The notes below the pieces were generated by a model. It did not search any database, was not told the DNA's origin, and saw nothing but the letters and a program-made list of their open reading frames with translations. A DNA stretch of 64,000 nt, taken from a virus. Its lineage: Duplodnaviria; Caudoviricetes. How positions within the stretch are numbered: position 1 is the stretch's first letter; each line of letters opens with the position of its first letter. Location of the stretch: the IMG/VR virus record IMGVR_UViG_2931736537_000001, positions 64,001 to 128,000 of that record; one strand, written 5' to 3'. Below are positions 58,547 to 64,000 of the stretch, in pieces. A program made the translations under genes and the position numbers.

Positions 58547-60943
58547 TCAGGCGTTGCGGGACTGGTCCCACTTGGCGGCCTGGGGGCTGGGGTTCTCGAG
58601 GTTGTGGATCTGGTCGGCGTGCAGGACGCGGTACATCAGGTGCACGCCCTGGATGGCGCCGCCCAGGTCCCGGAAGCGCTGGCCGGCGTCGCGGTGCATC
58701 TCCGTGATCGCTGGGTGCACGCGGAACTCGACCTCGGTGACGTTGGCGACCGTGACCATCAGGTCGTGGAGCGCCTCGGCGAGCGGGGCCAGGTGCTCGA
58801 TGGTCATCTCGTAGCCGAACATCGTGCCGCTGGGGTGCAGCCGGATGTGGATCCCGGCGTCGCGGATGGCGCCGGAGGCCAGCAGCAGCGGCATCGCGTG
58901 GACCGTCGGGTCCGTCCAGGCGAACTGGGGCATGACGTGCGCCCAGTTCTCGGAGACGTCCCACTTCCGTCCCTGCCAGGTGGGGTTCTCGATGTTCTCC
59001 AGCTGCTCGGCGTGGATCTCGCGGTACACCTTGTGCGCCTGGTCGACGAACGCACCGAGCATCAGGAAGTGGACGGCCAGCGTGCGGTACTGGTCGGGGA
59101 TGTGCGCGTTGACCTTGAAGTCGTTCTCGGTGACCTCGGCGATGTTGTGCAGCAGGTGGCACATGGCGAACTCGAGGTGGCCCAGGTTCTCGATGACGGC
59201 CTCGTAGCCCTTCATGCTGTCGGCCGGTGCCGCGGCGAACGCCACGGCGGCCATGCGGATGGCGTCCGCTGCGTAGATCAGCGGGTAGGCGTGGTGGACG
59301 GGGCTGGTGTCCATGGGGGGTACTCCTCCGGGGGGTGCTGATGCCGGCGACGGCACGGGGGCGTAGGCGCCGGGGGTCGGTGCGGGGGCGGCAGTGCCGG
59401 TGCCTGCGGTCGGGGCGGTCGGCGGTACCGGCGAGGTGCCGCTGGCGGCGGGCAGCGGGCGGGCCGTCGCGGTCCGGTAGACCCAGGCGTTGAGCCATGT
59501 CCAGGTGCGCGTGCGGTTCACGACGGCCGCCAGCGGGCTGGTGGCGAAGTGCAGGACGCGGGACAGCGGCCGGAGCCAGTTCGGCCCCATGGTCGAGTAG
59601 CGGACCGTGCCGAGGGCCGTGTTGGCGGAGAGGATGATGCTCCCGCCCCACCGCATCACGTTGGCCATGAACTTGCCGCCGTGCTTGCGAGTGCCGCGGA
59701 AGACGGCCCGGAAGGGCGTGGCGACCTTGTGCAGGCCGCGACGGAACTTCGGGCTGGTGACCTTCGTGTAGCCCTTCCTGACGGCGCCGGTGGTCTTGAG
59801 CGTCCCGGTCTTGATGGCGCCGGCCGTCTTCCGGACCGCGTGGGTCGTCTTGCGGACGGGGTTCTTCTTCCAGGTGTAGCCAGCGTGCCGAGGCGCCTTC
59901 GTCTTGCCGACCTTCGTCTTCTTAGGGGTCTTGCCCTTGCCGCCCGAACCGCCCTTGCCCTTGCCGGGCGTGGGCGTCTTGCTGCCCTTCGGGCCACTCG
60001 GAGCGGTGGTGCCACCGGGCGTCTTCTTCGGGGTTTTGGCTCCGCCCGAGGACGCTGCGCCGGCGCCGCCGCTGCCGGTTCCGCTCGGCTTCCGCTTCTT
60101 CGGGGTGGACGCGGGGCCCTTCGTCCCGGCGCCGGTTCCGCTTCCGGTGCCCTTGCGGTTGAGGATGCTGCCGAGGCCGGTGCCCGTACCGGGCTGCTTC
60201 GGAGCCTTGCCGTTGCCGCCACCGAACGCGCCGAATCCGCTGCCGTTGGACCGCTTGCCGCCGCTGAACAGGCTGCCGCTGCCCTTGAAGGGCTTCGGCC
60301 CGGCTGCCGACTTCGCGCCGCCCAGGCCGCCCTTGTTCAGCGAGCGAGGAGCCGTGCCGGTTCCGCCGCGCCCCGACGGGGACTTGAGCGAGCCCATCCC
60401 GCCCGGCTTCCGCGACAGGGGGCCGGGAGTGTTGGACCCCTTGCTTCCTCCGCCGGAACGGCGCGAGAGCCCGGTGCCGCCAGAGCGGTTGCCCGCGCTC
60501 GAGCGGCCTCCGCCGGAGCCCAGACCGGGCGCGCGTCCGCCGCCGGACCGGCCGCCCCCGGAGCGACCGGCCCCTGGGCCTGCGCGTCCTGCGCCGCGGC
60601 CGCCGCGGTTGCGGCTGGCGGCCTTGGCGGCGCGGCGCCCCACCTTGATGGCCACGGCGGCGGTCGCGGTCGCCGCGGCGGCGAGCAGCGCGAAGATCAC
60701 GACCGGCAGGCCGAACTGGTGGACCATCCAGCACAGCGAGATCAGACCGGTGATCACTCCACCCGGGATGAGGGCGCCGGCGAGGCGATCGTCCTTCTGT
60801 GACGTTGAGCGACGACGCTGCGGGCGCTGGGCGTTCGGGTCCGTGGTCGTGGCCGCGCCCGACACCGAGGGCTGTACGGCGGTCGGCGGCGGCGCGGTGA
60901 CCGTGGCGGCCGGCGGCGCCATGTCGTAGTCGGGGGTGCTCAC
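58547..60943 (-). CDS. TraA-like transfer protein: TM region, G/K-rich linker, duplicated C-terminal domain
   Basis: Directly upstream of traB; two repeats ending ENPTWQGRKWDVS and ENPSPQAAKWDQS. Confidence 0.6.
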   Translation of the reverse strand: MSTPDYDMAPPAATVTAPPPTAVQPSVSGAATTTDPNAQRPQRRRSTSQKDDRLAGALIPGGVITGLISLCWMVHQFGLPVVIFALLAAAATATAAVAIKVGRRAAKAASRNRGGRGAGRAGPGAGRSGGGRSGGGRAPGLGSGGGRSSAGNRSGGTGLSRRSGGGSKGSNTPGPLSRKPGGMGSLKSPSGRGGTGTAPRSLNKGGLGGAKSAAGPKPFKGSGSLFSGGKRSNGSGFGAFGGGNGKAPKQPGTGTGLGSILNRKGTGSGTGAGTKGPASTPKKRKPSGTGSGGAGAASSGGAKTPKKTPGGTTAPSGPKGSKTPTPGKGKGGSGGKGKTPKKTKVGKTKAPRHAGYTWKKNPVRKTTHAVRKTAGAIKTGTLKTTGAVRKGYTKVTSPKFRRGLHKVATPFRAVFRGTRKHGGKFMANVMRWGGSIILSANTALGTVRYSTMGPNWLRPLSRVLHFATSPLAAVVNRTRTWTWLNAWVYRTATARPLPAASGTSPVPPTAPTAGTGTAAPAPTPGAYAPVPSPASAPPGGVPPMDTSPVHHAYPLIYAADAIRMAAVAFAAAPADSMKGYEAVIENLGHLEFAMCHLLHNIAEVTENDFKVNAHIPDQYRTLAVHFLMLGAFVDQAHKVYREIHAEQLENIENPTWQGRKWDVSENWAHVMPQFAWTDPTVHAMPLLLASGAIRDAGIHIRLHPSGTMFGYEMTIEHLAPLAEALHDLMVTVANVTEVEFRVHPAITEMHRDAGQRFRDLGGAIQGVHLMYRVLHADQIHNLENPSPQAAKWDQSRNA

Positions 60944-61003
60944 GGGGGTTCTCCTCCACTTCGGGGGCGGTGGGTCAGTGGTGACGGTGTGTGTCGGGCA
61001 TGG

Positions 61004-61142
61004 CGTCAAGTCGGAGCGTCAACGTCAACGTCAAGGGCTCTCGTCAACGTCAATTTGGCTGTTCAGACGGTGTTTCTCGGAGGTCTGGGCCGGGATCTGG
61101 GTCTGTCTCGTCAGGTTCACGTGAGTGACGTTGACGTTGACG
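61004..61142. repeat. CGTCAA direct and inverted hexamer repeats upstream of the tra operon
   Basis: CGTCAA x1 (61004), x3 (61017-34), x2 (61042-53); inverted TTGACG x2-3 (61126-42). Confidence 0.75.
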
Positions 61143-61162
61143 CGCCCAGCTTCACGTCACGC

Positions 61163-61624
61163 TCAGTTAGTGGCTTCGAGCAGGAGCACGGCGAGGATGA
61201 TGACCAGGATCAGGTGCGTGGAGAACCTCGCCGAGCCGCGCCGGCGGGCCACCGGGCGGTACGCGCGGGAGAAGTCCCTCTCGCCTCGGGAAGCGTCGAG
61301 GGGCTGGCGGAGGCCCGCCTCGATGCCCTCGAAGGCAGTCCGGAAGTAGGTCGGACTGTGACGTTCCGTGAGGTCGAGTGGCAGGCGGTCCTGCTTCACG
61401 GCCGCCTCCAGGAGGTCCAGTTCCTGGCGGACGCGGTCGATGTTGCGCACCATCCAGTCCTTGCGGTCGTTGACCGCGACCGTTTCCAGGACCTGCTCCA
61501 TGTGGTGGTGGACGGCTGCGAAGTGCGCGGTGGCCGGGGTCTCGTTCAGGGCGAAGTGGGCGTCGACGCAGGCCATCTGTCGGCCGTTCAGCTGGGGCCG
61601 CGGCACGATCTCGTAGCCGTCCAT
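61163..61624 (-). CDS. Hypothetical protein with C-terminal TM
   Basis: GAGG RBS. Confidence 0.6.
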   Translation of the reverse strand: MDGYEIVPRPQLNGRQMACVDAHFALNETPATAHFAAVHHHMEQVLETVAVNDRKDWMVRNIDRVRQELDLLEAAVKQDRLPLDLTERHSPTYFRTAFEGIEAGLRQPLDASRGERDFSRAYRPVARRRGSARFSTHLILVIILAVLLLEATN

Positions 61625-61669
61625 GGCTTCCTCTCTTCTCGCGTTGGTGCAGGTCAGGGTGTTTTTGGG

Positions 61670-61891
61670 TCAGAGGGAGGTGTCGTTGTAGGCGTCGAGG
61701 GCCTCGAGCTGGGACCAGTCGACGCGGATCTCCAGCTCGAGCGTCTGGTCCCGGGCCCACGCCTGGCCGTCGCGGTCGCCGGGAAGGCGGCCGGTGACCT
61801 CGGCCTCCAGGCGCTTGGTCGCGGCGGAGAGGATGTCGCGGGCCTCGCCCACGGTCGTGGCCTTCAGGACGGTGCTCTGGCTGCTGCTCAT
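61670..61891 (-). CDS. Small hypothetical protein
   Basis: Co-directional short ORF. Confidence 0.55.
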   Translation of the reverse strand: MSSSQSTVLKATTVGEARDILSAATKRLEAEVTGRLPGDRDGQAWARDQTLELEIRVDWSQLEALDAYNDTSL

Positions 61892-61913
61892 CAGGTGCGT
61901 GCCTTTCAGGGGG

Positions 61914-62183
61914 TCAGGCGGACTCGGAGGGGTGGTCGGTGTCGTCGCCGGAGGTCTCGTCGGGGACGGCGCCGGCGTTGATGGTCTGGATGAGGTCGCG
62001 GAGGTCGAGGCGGATCGTTGCCTGGACCTGGTGGCGGCGCCCGATCGACGGCATCACCCAGTTCTCGGGGTTCGCGGTCTGCCGGTGAGACCGCAGGAGC
62101 TGGGCGGCTGCTTCCAGCGCCGTGGCGGTCTCGGCGGCCGTGCTCGGCGTCCACTCGTAGACGCCGTTGTCGATCGAGGTCAT
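61914..62183 (-). CDS. Small hypothetical protein
   Basis: AAGGA RBS. Confidence 0.55.
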   Translation of the reverse strand: MTSIDNGVYEWTPSTAAETATALEAAAQLLRSHRQTANPENWVMPSIGRRHQVQATIRLDLRDLIQTINAGAVPDETSGDDTDHPSESA

Positions 62184-62198
62184 GGGGTCCGTCCTTCG

Positions 62199-62879
62199 GG
62201 TCTCGGTCTCGCGGTTCGTGGTCTCGGTCCCGGCCGGGGCTGGTCTCGTGTCAGCCCCGGCGGGTCTCAGGTCTCGGTCTCGGTGGTCTCAGCCGTCGGT
62301 CCCGGTCCCATCGGTCTCGGTCTCGCTGGTCCCGGTCTCGTCGGTCTCGCTGTAGGTGCGGTGGCCCTGCTCGTAGTAGGACCGGGCGTCGGCCAGCCGC
62401 CTGGCCGCAGTGGACCGGGGGCGGCCGATGAGTCGCTCGGCCTCGCCCGGCGTGGTCTTGGTACCGATCTGCACGGTGTTCGCGCCGCCTCGTTCCCACA
62501 TCAGGTCCAGGAGGGCCTGGATCTCTGCGGCCTTGTCCGGCAGTGGTGAGACCTTGGCCGTGGGACCGGTCGTGCGGGCGCGAGACCGGGGGGCCGTGGT
62601 CTCACGGGACCGGCGGGACTGGTCTCGGCTGGACTTCTGAGACCGGGTCTCACTGGTCTCGGCGGTCTCGGTCTCGCCCCTGGTGCTGGTCTGAGACCCG
62701 GTCTCGGCGGTCTCGTGGGACCGGGTCTCACCGGTCTCGTGAGACCCGTGGCGGGTGGTCTCAGTGGTCGGGTGGGACTCCGAGACCGTGGTCTCGGCGG
62801 GCGGCAGCGCGGGGCGGGTCTCGGTCTCAATCGCCTCGGTGGCGGCGTCCGAGACCTGGGGGTCGCCCCACTCGAGACC
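62199..62879. repeat. Dense GAGACC/GGTCTC repeat locus (clt-like candidate)
   Basis: About 34 copies counted by eye in 680 bp, both orientations, coding and non-coding. Confidence 0.8.
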
Positions 62880-64000
62880 GATCACGGGGATGGCGGTGGG
62901 ACCGCTGTCGGGTCCGTGTCGGCGGACGGTGACGACGTACCGGTCGGCGTAGGCGATCCCGGACTTGCGGGCCTTGCGGTCGTTCAGGATGCGGCCGGCG
63001 GTCTTCCAGGCCGTGGTCGCGTTGCCCCAGCGGTCCGGGTCGTCGATCATCAGGGACCGGGCGGTCCAGGACCGGATGGGGTAGCGCACCCAGCGGTTGA
63101 TGCCGAGGCTCGGCAGCGCGGGCGGAAGGTTGCGGGCCTTCCGCAGCTTCCGGCGGTGCCGGAGGCTGGCGAGCATCTCCCAGAGGATGACGCCGACCAT
63201 CGACATGGCAGCGAAGGTCACCGACCGCGGGGTGGCCGACCAGTCGTTGGAGTAGTGCCACCACTGCTGGATCGCGGCGCCGGCGCCGAAGAGCCAGGTG
63301 GCGATCCGGTAGCCCCAGCCCTTGTCGCCGTCCTGACGGGCCTGGTCGTACAGCCACGCGCAGAACGCGGTGGTCATCTCGTAGGCGGCGGCGTAGACCA
63401 GGGAGGCGGCGAAGCCCCAGCCGAGGACCTTGATGGCGAAGCCGGACTGGCCGCTCCAGGCGACGACCATCGGGGCGAGGATCGGGCCGACGACCAGGCT
63501 GCGGACGGCGGCGGCGATGAGGACCTGACGGACCTTGTCCAGGAAGGTCGGCTGGCCGGCGCGACGCTGCCGCCGCTCTTCCGCGAGACGCTCCTTCTCA
63601 TTCCGCTTCGCCGTCTTGCGGCGGTCGTCGGCCTCTTCCTTGAGCCTCCGCTTCTCCAGCTTCTGGATGGTCGGGTTCAGCGCCTTCTCCAGGGCGGCGG
63701 CGGCCTGCTCGCGGTCGGCTTCGGCCTCCTGGCGCAGCTGGTCGGCGGCGCTGGACGCCTCGGTGCGGGCGGCCTTGGCCTCGGTCACGGTCTCTGCCGC
63801 GCGTGCGGTCAGCGTCTGGGCCTGGTTCTCGGCACGGGCGACGATGCCGGCGGCCTCCTCCTGGGCCTGGTCGATGACCTGCGCGGAGAGCTGCTCCGCT
63901 TCGGTCACCGTGGTACGGGCCCCCGCGCGCAGTCGCTCGGCCTCGTCGTGGGCCGCCCGCCGGGTACGGTCGGCGTCCTCGGCAGCGTCGGTGCGCATCT
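62289..64000 (-). CDS. DUF2637/SpdB-like membrane protein (coiled coil, TM helices, C-terminal HTH), 5' partial
   Basis: APMVVAWSGQ...four TM helices...RWVRYP..SW.A; ET-rich linker; RPRSTAARRL. Confidence 0.7.
   Translation of the reverse strand, partial: MRTDAAEDADRTRRAAHDEAERLRAGARTTVTEAEQLSAQVIDQAQEEAAGIVARAENQAQTLTARAAETVTEAKAARTEASSAADQLRQEAEADREQAAAALEKALNPTIQKLEKRRLKEEADDRRKTAKRNEKERLAEERRQRRAGQPTFLDKVRQVLIAAAVRSLVVGPILAPMVVAWSGQSGFAIKVLGWGFAASLVYAAAYEMTTAFCAWLYDQARQDGDKGWGYRIATWLFGAGAAIQQWWHYSNDWSATPRSVTFAAMSMVGVILWEMLASLRHRRKLRKARNLPPALPSLGINRWVRYPIRSWTARSLMIDDPDRWGNATTAWKTAGRILNDRKARKSGIAYADRYVVTVRRHGPDSGPTAIPVIGLEWGDPQVSDAATEAIETETRPALPPAETTVSESHPTTETTRHGSHETGETRSHETAETGSQTSTRGETETAETSETRSQKSSRDQSRRSRETTAPRSRARTTGPTAKVSPLPDKAAEIQALLDLMWERGGANTVQIGTKTTPGEAERLIGRPRSTAARRLADARSYYEQGHRTYSETDETGTSETETDGTGTDG

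Larger units (their letters stand above)
53458..64000 (-). mobile_element. Streptomyces-type conjugation/spreading (tra/spd) module
   Basis: traB, traA-like and spd-like genes, repeat locus. Confidence 0.8.

Noticed and set aside
55701-58814. 1037-aa plus-strand ORF
   Set aside because: Antisense shadow of traB, typical of high-GC DNA; no motifs
62199-62879. Golden Gate cloning artefact (GGTCTC is the BsaI site)
   Set aside because: Copies are irregular, degenerate and embedded in a natural reading frame
1-64000. tRNA/rRNA genes, reverse transcriptase/DGR, telomere
   Set aside because: None recognised by eye; a tRNAscan/Infernal run would be needed to exclude small RNAs

Overview
High-GC actinobacterial (Streptomyces-like) DNA that reads as part of a phage-plasmid or conjugative prophage. 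A near-complete siphovirus packaging, head, tail and lysis module lies on the minus strand (about 12.7-46.5 kb). A Streptomyces-type conjugation/spreading module occupies about 53.5-64 kb (TraB/FtsK translocase, TraA-like and Spd-like genes, a dense GAGACC repeat locus). The two are separated by an XRE/HExxH-peptidase/MAB_1171c/FAD-oxidoreductase cassette. The left end carries plasmid-type genes (Prim-Pol-like, DUF6415, DUF317), a HEPN gene paired with a degenerate integrase-fold gene, and a sugar/aminotransferase/Sir2-like cluster opposite a GntR gene. Main observations: (1) nine full copies and one partial copy of a palindromic operator TTACAACG-N3-CGTTGTA, each spanning the spacer of a conserved promoter and driving small-gene cassettes; most form a 4.3-kb antisense array wedged between terminase and portal, with an HTH gene inside it; (2) four cassette-ending hairpins with variable stems but an invariant CG-AGGCAAG-CG loop; (3) a signal-peptide-less CBM4+GH6 cellulase directly after the tail-fibre gene; (4) a duplicated ParB-methyltransferase-TerS module with two different methylase classes; (5) a TraB carrying an extra FtsK gamma domain. 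All product calls come from motif recognition by eye; no database searches were run.
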